A stretch of 58,090 nucleotides of DNA from Catajapyx aquilonaris (taxonomy: Eukaryota): assembly GCA_000934665.2 (NCBI GenBank), contig KZ538623.1:1-58090 (forward strand), in the 5' to 3' direction. A program made the translations under genes and the position numbers. Shown in pieces: positions 40,001 to 52,833 of the stretch. Position 1 is the stretch's first letter. Each line of letters opens with the position of its first letter. The notes under the pieces were generated by a model. It was given only the letters and a program-made list of their open reading frames with translations, ran no database searches and had not been told where the DNA came from.

Positions 40001-43000
40001 TTCGTCTTTTCTGGAATGCAAAAGATTTGTTCAGACCAGGAGCTAGGCCAGTGCTCCCCAAATTGTGTTGCAAAAATAATATTTGGGGTCGCAACGGAGG
40101 GTAACAAATTATTTTCACAAAATGATGCTATCTTTCTTGAAAATCATGACCATAAGGTAAGGTCAATTCACTGTTTACCTGTCTTTTCATGTTGGCGAAT
40201 CGATATGTGCCACATATAGGGGGTTGAAAATGTTAAAATACGATTTTTTTGGGTCGCCAACGAAAAAAATTGGGAAGCACTGAGCCAGACAATTAAAGTT
40301 GGGACGCATACCCATCTTGAAGTATCCTGCAAAGTCCAGCACAATGGCATAGAGGTGTGCAATTTGAGACCAATCATCCAGTAGCAACTCAACGGTCTTA
40401 GATGTGTTCTCCACAGTCAAAACCTCATAGTGGAAATGGACTGGCCGGCACAATCCTGTAAAGAAGAATGCTTGTAAATTTACGGATTGCACCACAATAA
40501 TCCCAAAATATCAGAAACATTAATTATTATCATGTACACTTGTTTCACCATGCATGGAGATTCACCTTACTTTGTAACCTCATATGCATGAAATTGTCCA
40601 TACCTTGTTCCCTCGGATGCGAAGATGGTATGGGACTCCTGCAGAAGACAAGTTGTGTTACCCACACTCTCGTTCCCTTCCCTTGTATCCTCAGTGAGGC
40701 AGAGAGCAAAGCCCTCTGCAGGGACTGGGTGGCAACCTGGCCCACCCCATCCACTGGGGGCATCTGAAGGAGTGGAATGGCAAGAGAAGCACCACTGGCT
40801 TCCACCTGCAGTCCACCGTGAGCAATCCTAGCCTTGGCCAGATCCTGTGCCATGGTGGCAAAAGGGATGCGCTCATCACATAGGGCCACCACGTGCGCAA
40901 CTTCCGTCAGAAAATACGCTGGGTTTTTGTGTCTCTTCGTTGCTGACTCGCCCTTGCCGCTGCCCTTGCGCTTGCCCACAATCCGTTCTGCCAGGTTCTC
41001 AGCTGCAATAAAATTCATAACATGATGTTTCCCATAACATGTCTACACAGCACGAAAAAGCTCCAAAGACAAAACTCACAGTCAACAGTTGTGAATGGCC
41101 CATGGGTGCAGACAAAAGTGTCCAGCTCAATCAGAGTTTGAACTTTCAGGAATGCCTTCGGGATGGAAGTCTCCACGCTGTCATCCCTGGGATCATCCTC
41201 AATGGACGAGGGCTTCACTACAGCCAGGTAAAAGTAGTACTCCATCTCACAAGGGCTGCTCGCCTTCTCTCTGAACTCCACAACCACCAGGCCATTGGGA
41301 TGCTTGTGGAGACGGATGAATGTGCGGTGTCGTCCCACCTTATACATAGGGTGCCCTGAATTGTACAGCAGAGGCAGACGCTCAAAGGGCGTGGCTGGCA
41401 GGTGCTGCAAAGTCTTCTCACAACGTCGCTGGGTGATCCAGTAGCGCAGCTCAGAAACTAGGACCTCAAAGCGGGACTTGTCCCCATTCAGGGTCTGTTG
41501 AATGTCCTGCACAAGTGGAGCTTCATACTGGGGAATGTTGGCCAGGAGGATGCCTGTGTGGGTGTCCACAGTCACCAGGAGCTGTTCTGCACGGAGGCAG
41601 GGCTGCAGGATCGGAACACTCAAGACTGCTGGGGTGCCTTGGAGTACACCTGTTGGTTAAAAACATAGTAAACGTCTTGCCTAAAAGCTGAGCTCTAAGT
41701 AGAGTTACAAGCATCAACGCAGATTGGACTTGAGCCAATGGATCTTATTACTTGCTAGCCATACAGTCGGGCTAAATTAATTGAATGATTGGAATTTTTT
41801 CGCACAAGAGCAACAATAGATATGCTGTGCCAGCACAAATATTAAAATGCAAAAACACTAGCTCAGTCTGTAAGAAATTTCCACAGTTCCTTAAAGCAAA
41901 TAAAGTAACAAGTATATTATGCTGGGCATTTGTCAAGTTGCCCTCCAAACACTTTAATGATTGGGGTACAATGGCCAGTGTCCATGATGTGTTCCCAAGC
42001 TCACAAGGGGGAAAAAAGCAAATTCGCAAACCCCATTGGTCCTTGGAGTCATCAGTAGATATTCAAGAGACAAATAGGGTTCATTCATGCTTTTGCTACA
42101 ACCAATGTGTCAAGATTGGGAACACACTGTTGCAACTAAATAATTTGGAAAATCACACGAAACAAGTGCAAAAGGTACCTTGGTAATTCAGATTGCCAAG
42201 GGACCAAAAAAAACCGCACAATTCATGCAGTACTTGTCACACATAAGAGTACTGTGAATCATTGGCAAATTATAAAAGTGAATAAATACAAACCGCCTAG
42301 AGCAGCTTTACTGTGAACACCATGCTGTGCTAGAGAGAGGCCTACTTTTCAAACTAATCTTCACCCGATTGTATACGTTTTGTCACAAAATTTTGGCTTG
42401 CAACATCCGATCCTCTCCACTCACACTCGATGTTGCCTCCCATCTTCTGCTCCAGCTCCACCTTCAGTTCTCGGAGCCGAGCCTTCGTCCTAACATAAAT
42501 GGTGTGAACCAGTAGCCTCTCCAGACTCAGCTGTTCAGAATGGATGGCTCGGGCAGCTGCATCTGAATCTGGGCCAGCCAGTGATGGGGTGTGTGCCACC
42601 TGCAGAGGCCGGCATGGGGAGTGTGGATCTGCCTGGACAATGAGCCGGTATCCCAGCTCAGACCTGGGGTCATGGGAAGTAAGCTCTTTCCAGTAGGAGA
42701 TGACAAGGCACTTTCCAGGGGTGTACTCCTCAATAAAAATGTAATCCCCCAGGCGGTCTCGGCACAGGCGAAGGGTCTGCGAGTAGAGTACTTCAAGCTG
42801 CAGAGCCTGGCAGAAGAAGTGCAAGCAGTTGTAGAGCTCGTTCAGTGGATTGGCGTTATCCACTAGCCGTGACTGGATCAGCTGATGGATGTACTGCACT
42901 TGGAGGGAGTGCACAAGGGCCTTTCCCTCTGAAAGAAAATAGGAAGCATGATACTCATATGTAACGAGCAGTTTTGTTACACCAACCTCCAGTTTCTTTG

Positions 43001-43975
43001 TCCTCAACAAGAATGTCGATTCCTAGAAGTCTCCATGGCACATTATTGTTGTCACCCATCATAGTCAGAGACACTTCAAACTCGTTCTCAACATGAAATG
43101 TCACACGGCCATTTTCAATCTGAAACATTCAGTTTCAACATAACACAAGCTTGAGGATCTCAAATGAGTCAGCACCTACCTTGAGATTCCTCATTTGAGA
43201 CGGAAGAACACTAGTCACTAATCGGTGCTGGATCACTTGGTTCAGGTGCTGCAACGTCTGCCGCTTTTCCTGAGGTGTGATCGGGCTGGGTGGAACAATG
43301 CGATCCTGGAAATAACAACGCAACAATACAGGCTCAGAAGTATCCTAATTTACCTTGTCGCACAAAACATACCCGAATGCACAGGGGCAGCCTGGAATAA
43401 CCGCCTGTCGTCAGAACTTCAACCGCAGCCGGAATGTGGAAATTGGGCAGCCTCGCATGAACCAAGGCTTCTCGAGACATCTTTGACAAGAAATCAGCTG
43501 TCTCAACGAACAGCATCGATTGTTTGTCCAAGAATGCCATGATTTGCTGGAAAGAAACGGTGCACATCAGTCGCCTGCATTTCGCCGGCCAAACTCGTCC
43601 CACCCACGATACATACAGCGGACTTGTCCACTTTGGAAGCACTGCTGGCCCACTTGACAAGCGCCAGTAGCCGCACAAACAGCTGTCGCGTCCCAGTGGC
43701 AAAGTTGTATATCTCCATCTTTCGCTCCATATCCGTCTTACGTGGCAACCTGCAAAAGAAGCGCATGGGTCAACACCCCGTCCAATGAGTGCGAACCATA
43801 ACACCATGGTGTGAACGTACAGCTCAGCCAGCACCGTGATCTCATGGTAGGTCCTCTGCACTATGAAGTCAATGAGGAGGGCCAGCGAGATGGATCCTCC
43901 TCCCCTCCCCTCCTGAGCAGGCACCCCTCCAGCACCCATCGCGGCCTGGTGGCTCTCCAGCGGTACAGGGGCCAT
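37021..43975 (-). CDS. MED14: Mediator of RNA polymerase II transcription subunit 14. 13 exons: 43975-43821, 43749-43617, 43546-43373, 43305-43180, 43119-42987, 42928-42425, 41649-41080, 41002-40604, 40455-40312, 40010-39873, 39674-39105, 39046-38310, 37959-37021; about 1573 aa
   Basis: Motifs [113 protein letters not shown] and [15 protein letters not shown]. All junctions are GT-AG with consistent phases (4722 nt). Confidence 0.96.
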
Positions 43976-44386
43976 CTTGCGCCCCCGACCAAGCTCCAGG
44001 CACGCAGCCAACAATGCTCCTCACCCACAGAACCAGGAGAGTTCCAAAGCCCCGTTCCAAAGCCCTGTTCCAAACAGTGTTCCAAACAGTGTTCCAGACA
44101 GACGCCTCTACGGACCGGAAGTAGCACAGCAGCTTCTGATAGCAAATAGCTGTACCAAAAAGTAACAGTGATTTGCATGTAGCGGTTATCTGAAATCGAA
44201 CGTCTGCTTCGGACATTATTAGTAACTTAATTAATTACTTAATTAATTGAATTACTATTAGTAGGGAAGATGTCCCCGAAGGAATGGAAGGGACTGGCTC
44301 GTTCCAGGGACTCGGGAGAGATGGCGCGGAACAGGGCGGCAAAATCGAAGAGCAGGGTGATGGGTTGGTGGATCAATATTGGTAAA
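43976..44386. promoter_or_regulatory. Compact bidirectional promoter between MED14 and BBS5
   Basis: The ATGs are only 411 bp apart, head-to-head. It contains CCGGAAGT at 44115, five GTTCCAAA-type 12-13 bp repeats at 44041-44100 and an AT-rich TTAATTAA tract at about 44226-44250. Confidence 0.7.
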
Positions 44387-45801
44387 ATGGCTTCTCATCC
44401 GCTGTGGGAGGACAGGGACGTTCGATTCGATGTCACCTTACAGTAAGAGAGAGGGTCACAAGGGAATGTGAGTTGATGGTTGGACTGACTTGGGGGAATC
44501 CCGTTGCAGGCAGATGCAGATGCGGTTGGGGGAAAAGCAGATCGACAAGCTGGACTCTATCGAGGACACCAAGGGAAACAGTGGGGACCGTGGAAGACTC
44601 CTGGTTACCAACCTGAGGATAATATGGCACTCACTCACCATGCCAAGGGTCAGCCTGTGTGAGTATGCAATTTCCAACTGGCTCTAAACTATGCGACACA
44701 CTACCCAAGGTTCCCACGTTAGAATAGTATATGCAGATCATCAGTGTACTTAAGGTGGCAGCACTTCTATTGAGTCTGCTTTACTTGCAGCAATTGGGTA
44801 CAACTGCATCGTGCATGTGTCTACAAAACAAGTCAATTCAGTGAGTATCGCACCCTTTGATCACACTGGTACATGCTAATTAATTAATTTCAGAAATTGC
44901 GAGGCATGACGGAAGCACTGTACATACTGACAAAGAGTCACAACACCAGATTCGAGTTCATATTCACCAACCTTGTCCCGGGGAGCCCGCGTCTCTTTAC
45001 ATCTGTTATTGGAGTTTATAAGTATGCTTGATAGTAATTTTTCACACTGCTTGCAACTAACATGTATGTTAAATACTTTTTAGGGCATACTCTTCATCAA
45101 AGATGTATCGCGAGTTAAAGCTCCGTGGTGCCATAATTCAGAACAAGCGCCTGAAGGTCCTTCCACTGGAGCAGATCTGCAGCCAGGTGGAGGGGGTCTG
45201 GAACCTGTCCAGCGATCAGGGAAACCTTGGCACTTTCATCGTGACCAATGTGCGCCTGGTGTGGTATGCCAACATGAATGAGATGTTCAACATATCTCTG
45301 CCATACCTCCAGATAGTGACGGTACACTGCAGAAAGTTCTTGCATGTAGGTCAGTACTAATCACCTGTGTGCTGCTTCCTTTAGGTTAAAGTTCGTGAAT
45401 CAAAATTTGGCATGGCACTGGTTGTGGAAAGCATGGAATCAAGTGGAGGATATGTCCTGGGTTTCCGGATCGACCCTGCAGAAAAGCTCCACCAGGTCCA
45501 CAAGGAAATAACAGCCCTGCATAAAGTTTACGCTCAGACCCCCATATTTGGAGTGGAATACACTACTGAAGAGCGAACGCTGTCTGCATCGCCACCACTG
45601 GAGAGCCCAGAGGAGTCGAAAGACATCCAGGAAATAGACGAGGGTGGTGCAGAGTCATCCGATGCGTTTGCAGCCTACTTTGCGGACGGGGACCAGGTTT
45701 CTGATCGCAAGCCGGTCTACTCTGAAGAGCTAGGCTTGGCTATTGAGGGTCTAAAGGATGGGTTTACTTTGGCCTCACTGTGGGAAGTCATACCCAGTTA
45801 A
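44387..45801 (+). CDS. BBS5: Bardet-Biedl syndrome 5 protein homolog. Exons 44387-44442, 44510-44658, 44791-44840, 44894-45021, 45084-45321, 45385-45801; 345 aa
   Basis: Motifs [100 protein letters not shown] and ELGLAIE..KDGFTL..LWEV. AATAAA follows at 45839. Confidence 0.97.
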
Positions 45802-46120
45802 AGAATTACAGTATATTTATACACAATGCATCCTACAGAATAAAATGCAAATTTGGTCNNNNCCCCCCCCCCCCCCCCCAAACAGCACTAAGGCACTTAT
45901 TTTAGCACGCATTTTCGTGGCATGTACAAGCCAAGTTTTTCAAACGGATACGAGCCATTTGGGTACTCCATTGTTAAGAAAATATAGCATATATGCAACA
46001 AAACATTGATATAAACATCAATACTGTTACTCTAAGTAACATAACTCAAGTATTGACATTACTTGTGGATTGAACAGCAGGATACACTTAAGACAGGATA
46101 TGTGTGAAAGTTTCATCTTC

Positions 46121-46309
46121 TCAGGGCTCCATGAGCCTGTTGTTCTTGGGTCTGGTGTTGACGTAGATGAAGACAATTATGAGCGCAAAGATGGCCACCA
46201 AGGCAGGGATGGCCACGGTGAACAGCCGCCGCTTGTTCTCTACAAAGTCCTTCTTGCGCTCACGCTTCTGCTTGTTGGTCTCTTTCACTTTCCCTTTCAG
46301 TTGTCGCAT
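46121..46309 (-). CDS. SMCO4: Single-pass membrane and coiled-coil domain-containing protein 4 homolog (62 aa)
   Basis: MRQLKGK..ET.K.K.ERK N-terminus, one transmembrane helix and a VF.YV.TRP C-terminus. The ATG is directly preceded by a splice acceptor (ttcaccttccag), implying an upstream non-coding exon. Confidence 0.92.
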   Translation of the reverse strand: MRQLKGKVKETNKQKRERKKDFVENKRRLFTVAIPALVAIFALIIVFIYVNTRPKNNRLMEP

Positions 46310-48321
46310 CTGGAAGGTGAATAAAATGCACTAATCAATCAATTGTCAGTGTTGTCACACCTCAATGCTATTTTTGTACATTGCATTGTATATTTTGTAC
46401 TGAAATTATGATGTTACACTTGGCTGTACTACACTATGCAAAATAAATGACAATCAACATGTCCCAAAATTTCCCGCTTCTTGACATTTTGCATGCTATG
46501 GCATCTCGAGCCTTGGTATGGACATATAAGGTAAGTTATCCATCTAGGAAACACCTGTTACAAGAACACGTGAAATACACATACTCTAACGGTAAATGCA
46601 GACTGGGGTCCGTAATACCATTTGGGCAGTTCTTACCAGGACAAATGGATGTCATTATATGTCACCTTGTTAAACACTGTTTTACATAAATGCAACACAA
46701 TGACATATTATTCTAATTAACAAACTTACGACTCGAGATACTTTAAAGCAAAACACTCAGCATGTGTTTACGTTTATCTTTGCTTTGCATGGCGTACATG
46801 ACTCAATTACAAATACAAAATGTGGGATGACCAAGAGCAAAGAAGTTGCTACTCTTATTCAGGTATGAGTAACTCCTTGGTAACTCCTACGTGGATGTTG
46901 GTTCCATCAAATGCATGCGAATCAATATCCAGCCTTGCCAACAAAAGCAATGCTGGGTCATCATTTTGAAGTTGAAAAGAAAATTACATGTAATCACAAG
47001 GCCAGACATGGCATTCATGTTGCCACATGCAATTTCCTGACTGCAACATTTCACATGTTTGCACACTCCCACAAGGACACGTGGACATAAACTCCTACAT
47101 ACATGCATGCATGTACTGACTGTTACCACCTCACACTTGCTGTGTATGGCAGTTTATAAAGTAGCTTGTAGTGATCATTTAAATGAAGCTGAGTCAGCGC
47201 AAGTATGCGCACCATTTGTAGGGTGTTCAATCCCCTCCTTGTTCAATCCTACTTACCTGGGACAGAGTTACATTCACAGGAGTCTCCCTACACATCTCCT
47301 CCGTCTATGGATCAATCTATGGATGCAATAACATTTACTTATGGTGTGATGGATATAAGATTGGATGGCCAGGGGAAGAATTGTGTTCACTATGTAACTA
47401 GAGAGATGCAGTCACACTCTATCAGTTATTATACGACTCCCAATTTCTTATATCCCGTTGTAAACAGTATCTGTATAACGTGATAAGAGTTCCTGTGGAT
47501 GCGATACATAGCCTACACTATTTAACTCCTGTGATATTCATTTTATCCACGAAGTAATTAATTTTTCTTTTGCCAAAGCCGCTGCGCAGCCCTACTGAAA
47601 TTTTCCGATATAACTTTACAATCCTGTATTATTTTCAATCCATTATTTCCACCATTACTATTTGCGAGCATACTATATTTCTTGATTTTGTTGTATGGTT
47701 TGCGGTATATCTGTTAATATACATATGTATTATGATGAAGTACCCAAAAGGCCCTCGCAGCTCACTGGGCAAATAAATACCAAAGAGTGCAATTCCCCGA
47801 CTAGCAACATAACCGGAAATGGCTGACAAGTACATTGAAACCTGTCCATTGCAGATTAATTTCTGAAAATGGGCATACGACGTGAAATATATTTTTTGAT
47901 GAATGTAGGGGAAACCTGTCCATGACGTAAACTATTTCTGGTCCCATGCGATTATGCTGCGCACAGATTTCACTGTACAGTACTCGATATCCACGCCACA
48001 TCAGCTTGGACTGACTTCATTACACCAAGAGCTCTCGATTACACTGATTCATTTAACTCGAATCTCCCTACCGTCAAGAGCCACTTGCTATACCATATAA
48101 TATTTTCTGAATATTTGGGCCGCAGATGCGTTCGTACAATGCGATATTTTCCAACACACTGTTTACGCAGAGATGTTTCATGTGCAGTGAAAGTGAAGTG
48201 TACATGTTGCAATCACAGACATGTAATTACATCCCTCTGAATTGACAAGAACTTTGACATGCATTCCCTTCAAAAAGTGGGGAGAGCTAGGTGTTATATA
48301 CTGTGGTGTGTTGATCTGGCG

Positions 48322-49748
48322 ATGCGTGTCCCTCCGAGGCTTCTTCCTGGTCCTCCTCCGTCCAACTGCTGGCCCCTGTCCAGTGAGTGACAGTCAGACA
48401 CCACCTGCTCCAACAACAGACTCCGCTGCAGCTGCACAGGTGGACGACTGCTGCTGTGCCAAGAATGCCACGAAGTTCAAACAAATGACCGTCGGAGAAA
48501 GGGTGACAGGTGGTGGCGTCTACGAGGTCAAAGGTCATCCAAACTACAATTAAATGGGTATGCACTGGGTGCTGATTGAATAACAATTATTGTGATCAAA
48601 TTAAATCAGAGCGAATCGCAACAAATGGGTGGCTGCGTGTGGCAACCCTGCTTCTCCATGGAGAGAGGGGAATTCGAAATCAACATTGGGTGATTGCAAC
48701 TTCAAAAAAAAATTTAAAAGGGGACAAAAAAAATTTCAAGTGATAAAAAAGGTTCATAAAAGAGCAACTGATAATGGAAGCCGAGTCCAATCACAGCTGC
48801 ACACTTGCAGGTGACAACGGTACGCCTCTTGTGTGCTTGGACAGCAGGACAATTCCCTCCGGACTGATTACGCCACTCATTCCCACGGTAAGCATTGCGT
48901 TAAGACTTGAGGACTGTTGTTCAATGATGAATAAAAGTATATGATGGAAACAATACTGAAACCAACCTAATCAGAGCTTGCTTCTTAATTTGATATCATA
49001 TACCGATATACGCTCACTTTACCACAAGCTTACAGAAGACTAGTTCTGATTGCATATGACTCCTGTGTTACAGCCATCCCATTTCAGTGCTCGTATAAAA
49101 ATGTGGCAGATGGAAGATGCTCTCAAGGAGTGGCATCAAGTTGTAACAGGTCAAACTTATGCAGGCCTGCTTTCAAAACCCTTGGACTCAGTCATCAGAG
49201 TTCTTGGAAACACTGAGAGCAGTCCACAGGACCTGGCCCAGTGGCGGACGTCCCAGCTTCACTGCGATCCCAGTTGCACAGCCCAGCAGAAAACCCTGAC
49301 CCCAGCTGACTCCACACCATTCAATAACCATGTGGTCACTACCAGTGAGGTAGCTGACATTGTGGTAGGAGCAGTCAGGAGTGCAGCAATGGGTCTGCCA
49401 CAACATGGGGCGGGCAATACCCCACTGCAAGTGGCCAAGAAATTGCTGAAAAGGACCTTAGATGAAGTCTGTGAACGCTTCGGCCACAACACAGGGTCAA
49501 ACACCGGACCAAACACCAGGAGAAAAATGAAAAGTAAGTCACACTTCATATAATTATATAACTCAGTCTTAATTTACAATTAATAAAATTACTACAGGAA
49601 TATTTACATGCTAATTTGAGGAACAAACTTTACAGCCTTCCATGATGCCAACACTCTTCTAGAGCAAGGGCGCCTCCTCTTAAATGACACTCAGGCAATT
49701 ATAGATGATCTTACTGCCACAATGTCCAGAAATGAACTTTTGATATGA
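48322..49748 (+). CDS. Unrecognised protein (orphan A). Supported exons 48811-48887, 49074-49533, 49636-49748; tentative 5' exons 48322-48382, 48440-48502
   Basis: Phase-compatible GT-AG junctions join GDNGTPLV..IPT|PSHFSARIKMWQ..RKMK|TFHDANTLLEQGRLLLNDTQAII..ELLI*. AATAAA follows at 49765. The 5' structure is ambiguous and no domain was recognised. Confidence 0.45.
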
Positions 49749-49788
49749 CCAACAAACGAGAAAAAATAAATGAATGCATTCCACCACA

Positions 49789-52255
49789 TTATCGTCTTTG
49801 GGATTGAGTCTCCAAGTGCAGTTTTCCTGGAACTACTTTCATGAGCCGGTTGAATGCACCTTCAATGTCCAGTGATGTATCGGTATCACTAGATTCCCGC
49901 CTTTGTCTTGGCTCTGGTACAGGTGCAGCAGGCAACTTCGGTGAGTAGTCACTATGGGGATTCGTCGCCCTGCCTCGATGGCGGTGGGATTCAGCACCCA
50001 CTCGTTTCTGGCGAGTCACAAAACTTGTGCCAGGGGTCCGTACATTCAAATGGAGGCCATCAGCTCTCGAGGGAACCTGAAAGTAAATATTAAGCAAAGT
50101 CATGAATTTGCCAATAAGGTACAATGCCAAGTTCCATGGCAACTAATTGCCGGAAACGGTAGCATCAATGACAATTAACGTCAGATTTGTGCAGAAAATC
50201 TTATTTATAAGACACTTACAAGTAAGAGTAGGTTTCACACTTACAATTCATGCAAAAGTTATTACATTCCAAACCAATCAGCGCTTCCTGGTTTGCTGAG
50301 AGTGGTGACAGTTACTAACAATGTAGCGATGGTGATTGGGGATTGGACCACCAGCACATGTTGCGTGAAGCAATCCTGGCACAGCCTGATTCTCTGAGCT
50401 GATGCCCTCCAACTTATAAAATGCCCACAGCGTAAGATCACATCACTCCAGAGCCATGTTGCAAACACATCTGAACGGCTGACCTGAAATGTGAGCTTAT
50501 GCCTCCCAATACCACAATAAATTACAAGAATGTATATGTTTATTTTAAAACTCAAGTTCATCAGTGGTAAAACATAGGATACCGAGGGCTGCGTACCCCC
50601 CATCTTTTCTCCTCGTCCTCCTCCTCCTCTGACATGCCAAGATCCTCCTTCCTCAGGCGCCTGACCAATTCCAGCTCTGCCTCGTAATGTGCTGCATCAT
50701 TTGTAAATGGCCCATCATCTATCACCTTACGAACGAAGCTATCCCCTTGCTGGAATATGCTCATGTCATTGGTCATTTCCACTTCCCACACCCCTCCAAG
50801 CTCGACAGGCACTGGCTTCACCTCAGGCACCACATCAGCAGCATGTGCATGCACTTTTCTCACCCCTTTCAACTTGTTCTGTAAGGCAGCCGACTCACTA
50901 CCGAAGTGCACTTCCTTTGGATAGTTGGCACGCTTCAGTGAAAATGGTGTTTGAGGCAAGTGGAAGTGCTGCATAGGTGTTACTGGCTCAATCAGGCTGC
51001 AGAACCCATCCGGATGCACATTACGAATCACAGACTCATGAGTGGTCAATGGAATTCCTTCCTGCATGACCATAGATGATGTGTGCGAGGTGGCCATAGG
51101 TGCCTTGCTCTGGGTGGCCACTGATGATGTGCGTAGGGTGACCACAGGTGATGTCAGCCGGGTGACTACAGGTGATACGGGCTGGACATTCACATATGAT
51201 GTGTGCTGGGTAACCACAGATGATGTGTTCTGGGTGACCTCAGGTGATATGGACTGGGCACTCACAGATGATATGGACTGGGCACTCACAGATGATCTGT
51301 GCTTGGTGACCACAGATGACGTGGGCCGGGTGATCTCAGGTGATAAGGGCTGGGTAACCATAGGTGATTTTTGCTCAGAGGCAAGTGGTCCTGAGTGGGC
51401 GACCATCATTTTGGTAGGCAAGGTGACCATGGGGAGGTCATGTAGGGTGCTTGAGGTTGATTCTGAATCATGAAGGCAGCGGTAGAGTTCACTTAGGGAG
51501 TCTTGTGGGTCATCTTGCTCTAACTCATAGGGTGGCAGTGGAACCTCCCATGGATGCCTGTGGCTGTGGTCATGCCAGTTGTCTCTAAGCTGTCCCATAT
51601 CCTGCTGATGCTTATGGTCACAAGTCCTTGGTGACCCCTGTCCGTGCTTGTGATTCTTAAGCCAAGACATGATCTCTTCCTCATCCGGGGCCAATGCCTG
51701 CATTGCCCCATGGTCACACTCATGATCCAATGACTGTAGCCTCTTCTTCTGGCAAGCCAATTCCAGTATTTCCTCCTGTTCGCTTTGGTGATTCAATGTG
51801 TGTAATTCCCTTCGTTCCTTCTCTTGATCCAGTGCCTGTGGTTCTTCCTCTTCTTGATCACAAGCCAGTGCCTCGAGTTCCTCCTGTTCTTGATCAGGAG
51901 CCAGTGCTAGCAGTGCTTCTTGCTCCCGCTCACGAGCCAGTGCCTTCACAACAGTCTTCTCAAGCTGGGTTAGTCTCGCCTTCACATACTCTACTTGCTC
52001 TGATTTGACACCAAGTTTTAATTTGTTCACCTCCTTCTTCTTCCATTTCTCCCAGGATGAATCAGCAGAAGAGGGTGGTGGCTTACAGCATGTGGCTAGG
52101 TGGGAGTGGTACACTCCTGAAGGGTCCCTGCGTTTTTGCGGAGCCTCCAAGGTACTGCTGCACAGCAGAGGGGGACGTGGGGAAGATCGGCGAGTAGCAG
52201 AGCAGGCTGAGGTTGAGCGGCGCTGACTATTGTATCTGGCCTCTTCGGGTTGCAT
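49789..52255 (-). CDS. Unrecognised protein (orphan B). Large exon 52255-50597, probable last exon 50076-49789, possibly one more exon in between
   Basis: 598-codon open frame, with the ATG at 52255 preceded by a polypyrimidine tract and CAG. It has a coiled-coil segment, 12-aa acidic repeats and 8-aa Ser/Thr/Val repeats. A phase-0 donor (KRWG|GTACGC) matches a phase-0 acceptor (tttcag|VPSRAD). Confidence 0.6.
51040..51385 (-). repeat. Degenerate 24-bp coding repeat (about 14 x 8 aa, V-T-x-x-T-S-S/P-V)
   Basis: The translation reads VTQPLSPE ITRPTSSV VTKHRSSV SAQSISSV SAQSISPE VTQNTSSV VTQHTSYV NVQPVSPV VTRLTSPV VTLRTSSV ... Confidence 0.85.
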
Positions 52256-52833
52256 CTGGAGGCATGGGAGGAGGAGGAGGAGGAGGAGTGAGAGGATTGG
52301 GGTAGAAAACAGGTTCCTATACACATCAACTGTCTTGCAACAAACTGAAGAACTCATTTGCTAGCAGGTGGAGCAGGAGCAGAGCATAAATTTATTTTCC
52401 AACATGACAGGCAGGCGAGTGGCTCAGTCCACTGCTTCGTTACTAACGACCAAATGTAGTCGCGTTTTGTTTTCTGGTTGTCCGGTTTGAAATCTATCAC
52501 CAATGAAAATATAAATCCCCCATCACCTACTTGGCAACTAACACCATCAATCCAGATTGTTGCAAAACATTTTGTATCAAAAATAATCTTAAAATGGCCC
52601 AACTTAACTAATGTATCACTAATGTGGCTACAACACATGACCAATGTAACTTTTGGCCCTTACCATGTCACGCAGCAGGGACGGAGCTAAAGATGACCTG
52701 AAAAATCATTCAGCCTTTCCCACATGTGACATGTAGTTTCCCTCTGATGAGCACCAAAGGAATACAATCCCCACAACAAATTCATAAGGCAATTGCATTT
52801 TCCACTCATTTAATTCCTAATCCACTTACACTT

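Noticed and set aside
48811..48887. In-frame TGA suggesting a selenoprotein
   Set aside because: Another phase-compatible frame of the same exon is fully open, and no SECIS was recognised.
49636..49720. Resemblance of orphan A LLEQGRLLLNDTQAII to orphan C VLDGAQALLDQTNKAL, suggesting paralogy
   Set aside because: It is too short and explainable by a generic amphipathic helix pattern, so it would need profile-level evidence.
50570..50582. U12-type donor (GTATCCT) in orphan B
   Set aside because: There is no TCCTTAAC branch site downstream, and using it with the nearest acceptor gives an early stop.
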